Below, one piece after another: positions 1-12,327 of a DNA stretch of 60,000 nucleotides. Under the pieces are notes generated by a model. That model did no database searches. It saw only the letters and a list, made by a program, of their open reading frames with translations, and was not told where the DNA came from. Both the position numbers and the translations under genes were made by a program. This stretch comes from Malacoraja senta (Eukaryota): positions 2,792,001 to 2,852,000 of the forward strand of contig CM075998.1 of NCBI GenBank assembly GCA_038087875.1, read 5' to 3'. Each line of letters starts with the position of its first letter. Positions within the stretch are counted from its first letter, which is position 1.

Positions 1-800
1 ATGCTCTCTTCACCCATCGTTCTGCCAGAGAGCCGGGGCCAGTATAACCCAACTTTCTTCCACCGATCCTTCTGGCTGCATCAATGTTACTGGAGTTACA
101 TAGAAACATAGAAAACAGGTGCAGGAGGAGGCCATTTGGCCCTTCGAGCCAGGTGGTTGAGGCTGTTCATCACAGCAGCCAATGGCTGGGCAAAGGGTCC
201 CTTATACTGAATGTACGAGAGCGGCTCCATCTTGTTCATGTCTGTCCTCATCTCAGTCCCTTTCCACATCAACTCTAGAGGTCATAGTGAGAGATGGACA
301 TGGAAACAGGCCCTTCGGCCCACTGAGTCCTGGGCCTTTCCCTCTCAAAAGGCCTCCAGCAGCTGTCTGGGTGGAGTTTGCACATTCTCCCTGTGATTTC
401 TCTGGGTGATCCGGTTTCCTCCCACATCCCAAAGGTTCGTAGGTTAATTGGTTCGCTGTACAATGCCACAGAGAGTGTGGGTGAGGGGTAGAATCTAGGG
501 GAAAGAGGGGCAAAGGTGAGAATAAACAGATGGGATTCATGTAGGATTCGCGTGGGTGGGTGGTTGGTTGGTTAATTAGCCATCTGTAAATTGCCTCGTT
601 AGTGGGAGTGGGTGGAATCTGAGTTGGAAATGCAAGGAGAATGTTTTTTAAATGGGATTAATGTAGGATTAATGTAAATGGGTCGGCACAGACTCAGTGG
701 GCCGAAGGACCTGTTTCCATGCTTATCCCTCACTATGATCTCAGTGCCTCCAGCATATGTTTCACCAGTTGATGTGGAAAGGGTCTGGAAAGACTAATAA

Positions 801-900
801 AATGTCTGAAGAAGGGTCCCGGCCCAAACCGTCAGCTATCCATGTTCTCCAGAGATGCTGCCTGAGCCGCCGAGTTACTCCAGCACTCTGTGTCTTTTCT
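801..900 (+). mobile_element. Penelope-like element terminal-repeat fragment
   Basis: gtCTGAAGAAGGGTCCCGGCCCAAACCGTC...gatgctgcctgagccgccgagttactccagcac; same family as the copies joined to a GIY-YIG C-terminus. Confidence 0.7.
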
Positions 901-901
901 T

Positions 902-1272
902 AGAAACATAGAAACATAGAAAATAGGTGCAGGAGGAGGCCATTCGGCCCTTCGAGCCAGCACCGCCATTCATTGTGATCATGGCTGATCGTCCCCAATC
1001 AATAACCCGTGCCTGCCTTCTCCCCGTATCCCTTGACTCCACTAGCCCCTAGAGCTCTATCTAACTCTCTCTTAAATCCATCCAGTGATTTGGCCTCCAC
1101 TGCCCTCTGTGGCAGGGAATTCCACAAATTCACAACTTCACAAATAACAGTATAAGGGACCCTTCATTTCTCACCTCAGTCCCAAATGGCCTCCCCTTTA
1201 TTGTAAGACTGTGGCCCCCTGGTTCTGGACTCGCCCAACATTGAGAACATTTCCCTGCATCTAGCCTGTCCA
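902..1272 (-). mobile_element. CR1/HER1-type LINE 3' end
   Basis: (CATAGAAA)n tail and ORF2 C-terminal remnant (GHSL-IKGRPF-TE). Confidence 0.85.
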
Positions 1273-3196
1273 GTAAACCAGCATCTGCACTTTTGCTTGC
1301 TTCTGCTACTAACAAAAGGTCAGGCCCACAACATCTCGCAGTTTCACAAACTGACATCGTGTTGATTGCGTGACACAGGAGACGCGTCGCTTCCAAGTGG
1401 AAGTTTTTTTTTTGGCAACCTGGCCGAGCCGTGACATATGAGTAACCGCTCCCCGAGCCTCTGGTTCCCAACCACAACGGCGCGGATGCAATAATGGGGT
1501 GACCCGAAACAACAGACAACGGAACTGGGGAAAAAACCCCAAAACTGTCCCGCTCCCCAAATTGCCATTTGGATCGTTTAAAAAAAAAAAATTTGATGCG
1601 CAAATTGATGGGACTGAATTCTAAACATCCAACACGGTCAACGCTACACGGTCGCCTCGACCACTTGGCCGCCAGTGAAGTTTGAAAGATGATTGCGGTT
1701 TGTGTGGCTGGGATAATTCTGAAACTCCCAACCAAGCAAACCTCTATTAATGTCCACCAAACATTTGACTGACACAAAAGAAAAATGCGCGCACTCAAAA
1801 CGGAGACAAAAAAAAACGAACGACATTTGTCTCCAGATCCTGCAACCTCACTCAATCCTGTCGCCTCTTTAAAGGTGTCACCCTGTCAGCGATGTTAACA
1901 CTCGTTTTCTCTCGACGTTTGCACTGCGAGATCGAATCTTCTCACTGGCCCCGATTTACTTTCATTAGACCATTCAAGTGGAGTGACCCTAACAGCGGGG
2001 TGGTGACGAGAGCCCACTGAATAGAAGCTATGTGCAGCCTCCCCATTCACAGTGGAGCTAATGTTACTGAGTTACCCACCCGCGTCTCCGCACTGTACTG
2101 CATCGCCCACTCCTTAATCTCTTCACACGTTTGATTAAAATGGGATACTGTGCAGAAGAGTCCCAACCAGACTGATCCCCAATAGTTCCCAAGTTGAGAT
2201 CATCGGGCCACCGATATTGAAAGCCAAGGGTTAAATCAGACATTAGTTTCACACAATTTAATCATCCAATATCCTTTATTTAACCACTCAACCAGCCTAT
2301 CCTGACTGACTATGGTGGGTGCAGGAAGGAGCTGCAGATGCTGGTTTCAACCGAAGATAGACACAAAATGCTGGAGTAACTCAGCGGGACGGGCTGGAGA
2401 GAAGGAATGGGTGACGTTTCTGGTCGAGACCCTTCTTCAAACACTCCAGCATGTTGTGTCTATCTCCTTTTTCTTTTTATTCTGTAGTTGTATTTCTGCC
2501 CCGTCAAAATCCATCTGCGTTCTCCGATTAGAAATAGCCAAACGCATCTGTTTTCAACGATTTTCTGTCGTTCTCTACCAGCGGGCGGCGGTAGATGCCA
2601 ATTCTGCCGTTGCCCGCGGCTGAACGGTGTAACACTGCCATCTGTTGGTTTCGGACGGCAGTACAACTTTAAACCACAGCAAAACATAACTGTCACCATG
2701 TACATGTTTTCATCACTAAAGAAGCTCCCTCGGGCTGGCTCCTCTGGATGTACGGTAGAAAATCATTGGCTTCACAACATTCGACACGGTAAATTAATTT
2801 ACACTTGATTTTCGAGATTTGGGGATTTTAGCTGCTTTAAAACCACCCCCCTCCAATAACAACTACTTTCCGATGCTGCCGTCTTGAGAACAAAGAAGTA
2901 CGAGCGGAAGTTTGATAGAAGTGTGAAAAATAATTCGGCGTTGGAATCAACAGAGATAAACTATTTTTACTGGCTGAAGGTGGCAGATTTCTTACAAAGG
3001 CAGCAGGGAGTTCTGATGTAAAATGTGCAAATCGTTGAACAAATGCGTCTGATCCACAGACATTAGACTTGCTGGGCTTCTGGCCCATGGACATTAGACT
3101 TGTTAGGCTACTGGATCTTTAAATGTGCCCGTCATGAATGTTCACGGCCTGTGATATCAGCCAGTTACTCCAGACTCCAGACACAATGGGATTCAA

Positions 3197-3466
3197 AGGT
3201 AGACAAAAGTGCTGGAGAAACTCAGCGGGAGCTGCAGCATCTATGGAGCGAAGGAAATAGGCAACGTTTCGGGCCGAAACCTTGGGAAATAGGCAACATT
3301 TCGGGCTGAAACCTTGGGAAATAGGCAACGTTTCGGCCCGAAACCCAAGGGTTTCGGCCCGAAACGTTGCCTATTTCCTTCGCTCCATAGATGCTGCTGC
3401 ACCCGCTGAGTTTCTCCAGCACTTTTGTGTACCTTCGATTTTCCAGCATCTGCAGTTCCTTCTTAA
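3197..3466. mobile_element. Inverted pair of PLE terminal repeats with a 16-bp TSD
   Basis: Two opposed copies of the gaaggtagac...cgaaac unit; ACACAATGGGATTCAA at 3181-3196 and 3467-3482. Confidence 0.85.
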
Positions 3467-4321
3467 ACACAATGGGATTCAACCTGTGCAGAAGAATGGC
3501 AGTAACTGATTTCCTCCTTTCTGGCCCGCGGGCAAGTAACACCTGCGGGCGAGATCGTCTAACTTGGCACAGGCCAGGAGAGGAACTGATATCTATCACC
3601 CTAGCTCACATCACTCGGTGCGGCCCAGTTACAATCTGGGCCACACAGCACGAGGTCAGAGCACGGCAGCTGTCTCAGCAGAGAAGTTTACAGACTGAGT
3701 CCTTCTCGTAAATTCCCAGTTCTTAGTCCAAAACAAACAGAATAAAACGAATAGTGTTCTTTCTCTAAACCAGCGAGTGTGACACGGATTATCCACACAT
3801 TCACCCATATATATATATATATAACATGGAGATACTGTGTCATTTGGGGGAAATATAAATATAGCCTTAAATATAACTGGCACATCTAAATACAGAGTTT
3901 ATAAGAACTTGTCTGATACAGAAGCAAATCAAAGTGAACACTTGGATCTTATAGTTTACATGGGACTCCCAAATGATTCATAATCTGATTCATCAGAGTG
4001 TTGCCAATCTCTGCAACGCTGTGTCAAGGGTTACAGGCGATGGAATATGTGACCCTTGTGACGTCTGTGGTTATGGCACCAAACGGTGTCAGTGCCCACT
4101 GACTTGTTGCAATTATCTCTGTATCTGGCTCTGCCCTCTTTTACATTAACCCTTTGGTCAATGCCGACACCTACAAGTTTCCAGCCCGCTTATACCCTGT
4201 GTGATAGTTTACCGTGCTCTACACTGAACATGTCAATGTATCCCCCATGCTGTGTGCTCATTTAAAAAAAGAAGCCAATGTGGATTCAGCAAGGAGCTTG
4301 TAGTTGTTATTTTTTTTTAAC

Positions 4322-4550
4322 ATAATAGATAATAAATAATAGACAATAGGTGCAGGAGTAGGCCATTCGGCCCTTTGAGCCAGCACCGCCATTCAATGTG
4401 ATCATGGCTGATCATCCCCAATCAGTACCCCGTTCCTGCCTTCTCCCCATATCCCCTGACTCCGCTATTTTTAAGAGCCCCTATCTAGCTCTCTCTTGAA
4501 AGCATCTAGAGAACCGGCCTCCACTGCCCTCTGAGGCAGAGAATTCCACA
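4322..4550 (-). mobile_element. CR1-type LINE 3' end
   Basis: Homologous to 902-1272 and 27645-28165. Confidence 0.75.
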
Positions 4551-4824
4551 GACGTGAACTTATAACACAAATCGACTTCAAACATTCAGTACCTAGCAGT
4601 ATTATGAGCGGTTACATCAAAAGATTGAGAAAAGCATAACATGTAATCTTCCCATGTTATTTTAATAGGGAACGAGATTATAACTGGTTCAGATTAGTTA
4701 GGTTCAGGTACAGAGATGTTCAGGCACACCTCCAGATTCAGGGACAGTTTCCTCCAAGCTGTTATCAGGCAATTGAACCGCCCTCTCACCAACTACAGAG
4801 CGGTCCTGACCTACCATCTACCTC

Positions 4825-5031
4825 GAAGGTAGACACAAAATGCTGGAGGAACTCAGCGGGTGAGGCAGCATCTCTGGAGAGAAGCAATGGGCGACGTTTC
4901 GGGTCGAGACCCTTCTTCAGACCCGAAACGTCGCCCATTCCTTCTCTCCAGAGATGCTGCCTCAACCGCTGAGTTCCTCCAGCATTTTATATCTACCTTC
5001 GATTTGAAACAGCATCTGCAGTTCTTTCTTA
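4825..5031. mobile_element. Inverted PLE terminal-repeat pair with a 14-bp TSD, nested in an older retroposon 3' end; a second PLE piece at ~5049-5246
   Basis: CTACCATCTACCTC at 4811-4824 and 5032-5045; palindromic body. Confidence 0.8.
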
Positions 5032-5628
5032 CTACCATCTACCTCATTCGGGCCGAAACCTTGGAAATAGGCAACATTTCGGGCCGAAACCTTGGGAAAT
5101 AGGCAACGTTTCGGCCCGAAACCCAAGGGTTTCGGCCCGAAACATTGCCTATTTCCTTCGCTCCATAGATGCTGCTGCACCCGCTGAGTTTCTCCAGCAT
5201 TTTTGTCTACCTTCGATTTTCCAGCATCTGCAGTTCCTTCTTGAACAATTGATTGTAATCATGTATGATTACAATGATGTCGCTGACTGGAGAGCATGCA
5301 GCAAAAAAGCTTTTCACTGTACATCGATACGTAACGATAATAAATTAAACTACTATCTTCACAAGCTAGGAATTATTGGGCAGATTTCTGCAGTTACAAT
5401 AGAGAGGAGACAGTCTCACCAGTGGGGTGAAATCAGCGTTTCCACAGATGCTGCCTGACCCAGAGTTTCCGCAAGATTCCAGCATTAACACTTCTTGTGT
5501 GTTCAGATTAGTTTGTTCTTCGATTAGTTGCTGGTAGAAGGGGCAACAGACATTTCCATACCAATAGCAACTCAATAAATAAATACAATTCCCCCTGACA
5601 TAAGCAACACGTTATCCTCACGGTAAGA

Positions 5629-6110
5629 CACAGAGTGCTGGAGTAACTCAGCGGGTCAGGCAGCATCTGTGGAGAACATGGATAGGTGACGTTTCACAGA
5701 GTGCTGGAGTAACTCAGCGGGTCAGGCAGCATCTGTGGAGAACATGGATAGGTGACGTTTCACAGAGTGCTGGAGTAACTCAGTGGGTCAGGCAGCATCT
5801 GTGGAGAACATGGATAGGTGACGTTTCACAGAGTGCTGGAGTAACTCAGCGGGTCAGGCAGCATCTGTGGAGAACATGGATAGGTGACGTTTCACAGAGT
5901 GCTGGAGTAACTCAGCGGGTCAGGCAGCATCTGTGGAGAACATGGATAGGTGACGTTTCACAGAGTGCTGGAGTAACTCAGCGGGTCAGGCAGCATCTGT
6001 GGAGAACATGGATAGGTGACGTTTCACAGAGTGCTGGAGTAACTCAGCGGGTCGAGCAGCATCTGTGGAGAACATGGATAGATGACCCCGGATTGAGACC
6101 CTTCTTCAGA
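5629..6110 (-). repeat. Tandem array of ~7 x 66-bp PLE-derived units
   Basis: Unit cacagagtgctggagtaactcagcgggtcaggcagcatctgtggagaacatggataggtgacgttt starts at 5629, 5695, 5761, 5827, 5893, 5959 and 6025. Confidence 0.95.
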
Positions 6111-7530
6111 CACACATCATCCTCACTGTATGTTGATTCAATGGATGATATTTGATTCACATTTGTTTCTTTTTATAATGTTCCTTTCTTTAATAATGTC
6201 CCTGCAGCTGGACTGTCACTTTGTGTTCAGAACCCCTACCTTACATTTGAACACAGAATACGATGGACTAGATGCATCTAAAGGCAGCTCCAATAAAAAT
6301 GAAAACATTACCGAATGTAAAGATCTCAACTGAAAATGTGGGGTAGCTTAACACAACTAAGTGTAAAATGCGTAAAATGCTCGCGTAAAATGGGAAAGGA
6401 GACTTGTTCTGCATTGTGATTACTCAACATGAGCAATAGAGTCGACCGTTCGATATGCTGCCAGGCCCACAGTCAGTATCAAACATCAGGCATGCAATAC
6501 AACAGCCGGCTGATAGAGGGCGGTGTTTCATACAGTTGATGAACACCAATTGGAGTCAGAGTCATACAGCACGGAAACATGCCCTTTGGCCCAACTTAGC
6601 CATGCCGACCAACATGGGTCCCACCTGCCTGTGTTTGGTCCATATGTCTCTAAAGCTATCCTATCCATGTACCTGTCCAATTACTTTTTTAACGTTGTAA
6701 CTGTACCTGCCTCACCCACCTCCTCTGGCAGCTCGTTCCATATATCCACCACCCTCCTCCGTGCGAAAAAGCTGCCCCTCTGGTTCGTATTAAATCTTTC
6801 CCACCTCAACTTAAACTTGTGTCCTCCGGTTCTTGATTCCCGTAAGACCCTGTGCATTTACCCGATCTATTCCTCTCATGAACGTATACACTCCTGCAAG
6901 ATCACCCCTCATCCTCATGCGCTCCAAGGAATCGAGTCGCGGTCTGCTCAACCTCTCCCTGTAGCTCAGGCCCTCAGTCCTGGCAACATCCTCATAAATC
7001 TTTTCTGCGCCTTTTTCAGCGTCACGTCTGTCCTATAACAGGGTGACCAAAACTGAACACAATACTCCAAATGTGGCCTCACCATTTCCTATATTTGTAC
7101 ATCGTGAACAATATTTTTAAGATGGAGGATATTTTCCAGAAAGAAAATCTGAAATTATTATGCGTGACATTTTATTGTAGATGTTTTGTATAAGATCTTT
7201 CATGGGTTCCGGGACTAGAATTAGGCCATTCGTCCCATCAAGTCTACTCCGCCATTTAATCATGGCTGGTCTATCTTTCCGTCTCAACCCCATTCTCCTG
7301 CCTTCGTCCACAACCCCTGACACCTGTACTCAGTCAGTTTGCTCTCAATTCTATAAAGCAATGAATTGCAGAGTTGTATATGTAGTCCAGTCCACCACAC
7401 AGACCAAACATGGACTCCACATATACTCAAAAATACAGCCAGCATAATCAAAGACCATGCATGAATACGAAGGCTTGAAAGCACCTACCTCCAGATTCAG
7501 GAAGTTTCTTCCCTTTGTTACCAGACTTCT

Positions 7531-7817
7531 GGGCGGTCACGGTGGTGCAGCGGTAGAGTTGCTGCCTCACAGCGCCAGAGACCCGGGTTCCATCCTCACC
7601 ACGGCTGCTGTCTGTACGGAGTTTGTACGTTCTCTCCCCGTGACCTGCGTGGGTTTTCACCGAGGTCTTCCGTTTCCTCCCACACTCCAAAGACGTATAG
7701 GTTTGTAGGTTAATTGGCTTGGTAAATGTAAAAATTGTCCCGAGTGTGTGTAGGATGGTGTTAATGTGCGGGGTCCCAGTGGGCCGAAGGGCCTGTTTCC
7801 GCGCTGTATCTCTAAAC
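7531..7817 (+). mobile_element. HE1-like tRNA-derived V-SINE
   Basis: 5' GGGCGGTCACGGTGGTGCAGCGG (A box), GGTTCCATCC (B box), and a 3' tail shared with the LINE ends (gggccgaagggcctgtttcc...ctgtatctctaaac). Confidence 0.85.
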
Positions 7818-8092
7818 GTAACTACTGAAGGGTCCTCCCAAAAGCTAGGATCTTTCAACCTACCTCATTGTGGACATTGGACTATGTATCTGTAACTGGG
7901 GAGAAGGCAGAAGAATGGGGTTAGGAGGGAGAGATAAATCAGCTATAGTTGAATGGCGCAGTAGACTTGATGGGCCGAATGGCCGAATTCTACTCCTATT
8001 CCTTATGACCTTACAATGCTGAAAAACTATATTCTGCAGTCTGGTATGTTCACTTCGCATTTACCTGTTGTACTTGAGTTTGTCTTTTAGAT

Positions 8093-8489
8093 CTTATAGA
8101 AACATATAAAATAATAAAAGGACTGGACAAGCTAGATGCAGGAAAAATGTTCCCAATGTTGGGCGAGTCCAGAACCAGGGGCCACACAGTCTTAGAATAA
8201 AGGGGAGGTCATTTAAGACTGAGGTGAGAAAACACTTTTTCTCCCAGAGAGTTGTGAATTTATGGAATTCCCTGCCACAGAGGGCAGTGGAGGCCAAGTC
8301 ACTGGATGGATTTAAGAGAGAGTTAGATAGAGCTCTAGGGGCTAGTGGAGTCAAGGGATATGGGGAGAAAGCAGGCACGGGTTATTGATAGGGGACGATC
8401 AGCCATGATCACAATGAATGGCGGTGCTGGCTCGAAGGGCCGAATGGCCACCTCCTGCACCTATTTTCTATGTTTCTATGTTTCTATGT
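8093..8489 (+). mobile_element. CR1/HER1-type LINE 3' end
   Basis: ORF2 C-terminal remnant and (TTCTATGT)n tail. Confidence 0.88.
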
Positions 8490-8953
8490 CTTGATTATAT
8501 TTATGTCTAGTATCATCTGATTTGACTGGATAGCATGCAAAACAAAAAAGCTTTTCACTGTACCTCAGTAGACGTGACAAAATTAAACCGATGCCAATTC
8601 GCCCGGGGGCCAGATTCCCTTTAAACTCACCCGCATCCGTTCCCCGCGCTCTCGAGAAAACTTACCTGGTTCGAGTTTCAGCGCTACCTTTGAAATTTAC
8701 CCGGGCCTCCTCCAACCCCAGCCAGTTTACGGGAAATTTCATGATGTTACTGTGTAACATTATGTTCATTACTTTATGTTACTGTGTAAGATTGTGACCT
8801 TTTCATTCACAAATTCGAAATGTAAAATGTGTTGGAGAATTAATAGAATTACATCCGATAATCCGGAAAAACGTGCTGATCCGCGATGTAGCGCGCTTCA
8901 TAACCAGTGCACAGTTTCACGTCGTGTTCCTTGCCCTGATAGATGTGAGTATA

Positions 8954-9832
8954 GGGGGGTTGCACGGAAAAGGTCACCGGGTCATAGGGCTTGACGCACG
9001 GAGCCGCTCAATCCATCTGGAGGACATCCGTCACTTCCGGTATATGTTATTAATGCTAGAAACGCGTACTTTCCTACCTGTTAAAAACCGCCAAAATGTT
9101 GAATTTTTTCGCTGTAAAAGATTGTGGAAGTTGGGGTAAGTGTGAGAGACATGTTCCCCACTTTAGAATTCCAAAAGTGAAGCGAAATGAAGGTAAAGAG
9201 AAGCGACAGCTGAAGGGACAACAGCAGCTAAAGTGCTTGGCGAACATTGGCCGTGCAGATATCGGAATTGGAAATGTTGGGAATTATCGTGTTTGCTCAC
9301 TACATTTCATCAACAGTAAGGCATTATTTGGTTTTTTTCTTGATTCCTTTGGTATCTAAAAAGTCTCAGACGTGATAAATCTGGCTGTAAATTTTGCTTG
9401 TAAAAACCCACTTGAGAACCATGGCGATTTAAAAAATTTACAGCCAGATTTATCCCTTCTGAAACTTTTAGATGCCAAAGGAATCAAGAAAAAAACACAA
9501 ATAATGCCTTTCTGTTGATGAAATGCAGTGAGCAAACGGCCAATGTTCGCCAAGCACTTTGGCTGTTGTTGTCCCTTCAGCTCTCGCTTCTATCTACCGT
9601 CATTTCTACTCACTTTTGGAAATCTGAGGAAGGCTAAATGTCTCTCACGCTTATCCCGATTTCCATAATTATTTACAGCGCAAAAATTGACAATTTCGTC
9701 GGGTTTTAACGGGCCCGCTACGCTGGAAACAATGGTAAGTGCTTGCCTTCAGTTCATCGCGTGTACTCCACTTGGCGTAGCGTAGCAACAGTACGGGTCA
9801 TGGGTCGTGACCCGACTGCCGTGAAACCTCCC
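8954..9832. mobile_element. Non-autonomous DNA transposon with 14-bp TIRs and a long internal palindrome
   Basis: TIRs GGGGGGTTGCACGG and GGGAGGTTTCACGG (reverse complement), TATA on both sides, internal inverted arms ~9078-9395 and ~9433-9710. Confidence 0.8.
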
Positions 9833-10410
9833 TATATATTAAATCGAGTTTAACGCATCCATTTCGCCACTTAATGTATGAATTCATGACACACGCCCTT
9901 CATTACACAATGAGCCGGTGTTTTCAAATGCATCGGAGTCTGTAAATTCAATGCACACTTTAATTATGCGATAAGTGAATTTCAAACAGAAATCTGCCAT
10001 TTCAATACTTTCAAACGCACTTCGCAATAACGGTTGGCATATAATGTCGATACATAACGGGAAACGCTGGCAAATCCTGTCTGATTTCAAGGCATTCGAG
10101 TTCTACCGGTGTGTCTTTTCATGAAACGAGATAATATTACACTCGGTATAAGCGCTGAAAGCAATTTTACAACCTGCTTCAGGAACAACTTCCCCCTGCG
10201 GTTCCGCTTCACACCGGATCATCTCCACCCGTGCGACAAACACACTCTGCTCGAGATCACCGGGAGCAAGGAGGGGGAGACCTGGACCACAGACACCTTT
10301 ACATAGGCACAGGGATGGGAGAATACTGACCGGGATCCATCCAACCCGTACCATAAATAACACCGGGAGGAAATAGAAACAGCGATTCAATATAAACTCT
10401 TGAATGAGAG

Positions 10411-11805
<1,395 letters not shown>

Positions 11806-12327
11806 TCGCAGCTTTACGTTCTGTAACGCTGGTCATCAACTCACCTGGTCATCAACTCTATCCCTTGAACACAAGAGGGTGGGGTGGGGTGGGAGGGGTG
11901 TATTTAAAACCGAAGGATTTGGGTGGTGAATATATAGAATTGTCTAATGGGGGGGGGGTGTAGAGGTTGGATCTTTGGGGGCATGGGGATTAAAGAGGTA
12001 GATATTTTTTTATGAACGACTGTGGAATTGAGGGCGTTGGCGCTGGAGAGGAGTTGGAGCAGATCAGCCATGATGACTTTGAATGGCGGGGGGGTGGGCT
12101 TGAGGGGCCGAGTGGCCTACTCCTCGGGGAAGGAGTGAGCAGGCCACTCGGGGAAGGAGTGAGCATCCGAGGCCGCTTGCGTTGGGCAGCGGCTGGCTGG
12201 GAGTGAGAGCGGGCTGGCTGGTCCTTCGTTTCATTCCTGGTGATGTCCCTGTCCCCGTTGCTCGGCCGCGGCGTCCGGGTCTTTCCCTTCAGCCGCTGCC
12301 CCGGCGCATTGCAGGCGTCCAGCCCCG

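Noticed and set aside
5629..6110. CRISPR-like regular array
   Set aside because: Contiguous identical 66-bp units with no unique spacers and no cas genes; the units derive from a PLE in a vertebrate genome.
7531..7600. tRNA gene
   Set aside because: This is the tRNA-derived head of a SINE; it continues into the SINE body and tail.
8656..8670. AAACTTACCTGG resembling the U1 snRNA 5' end
   Set aside because: The similarity stops after ~10 nt. It reads as an isolated minus-strand donor consensus with no supportable exon.
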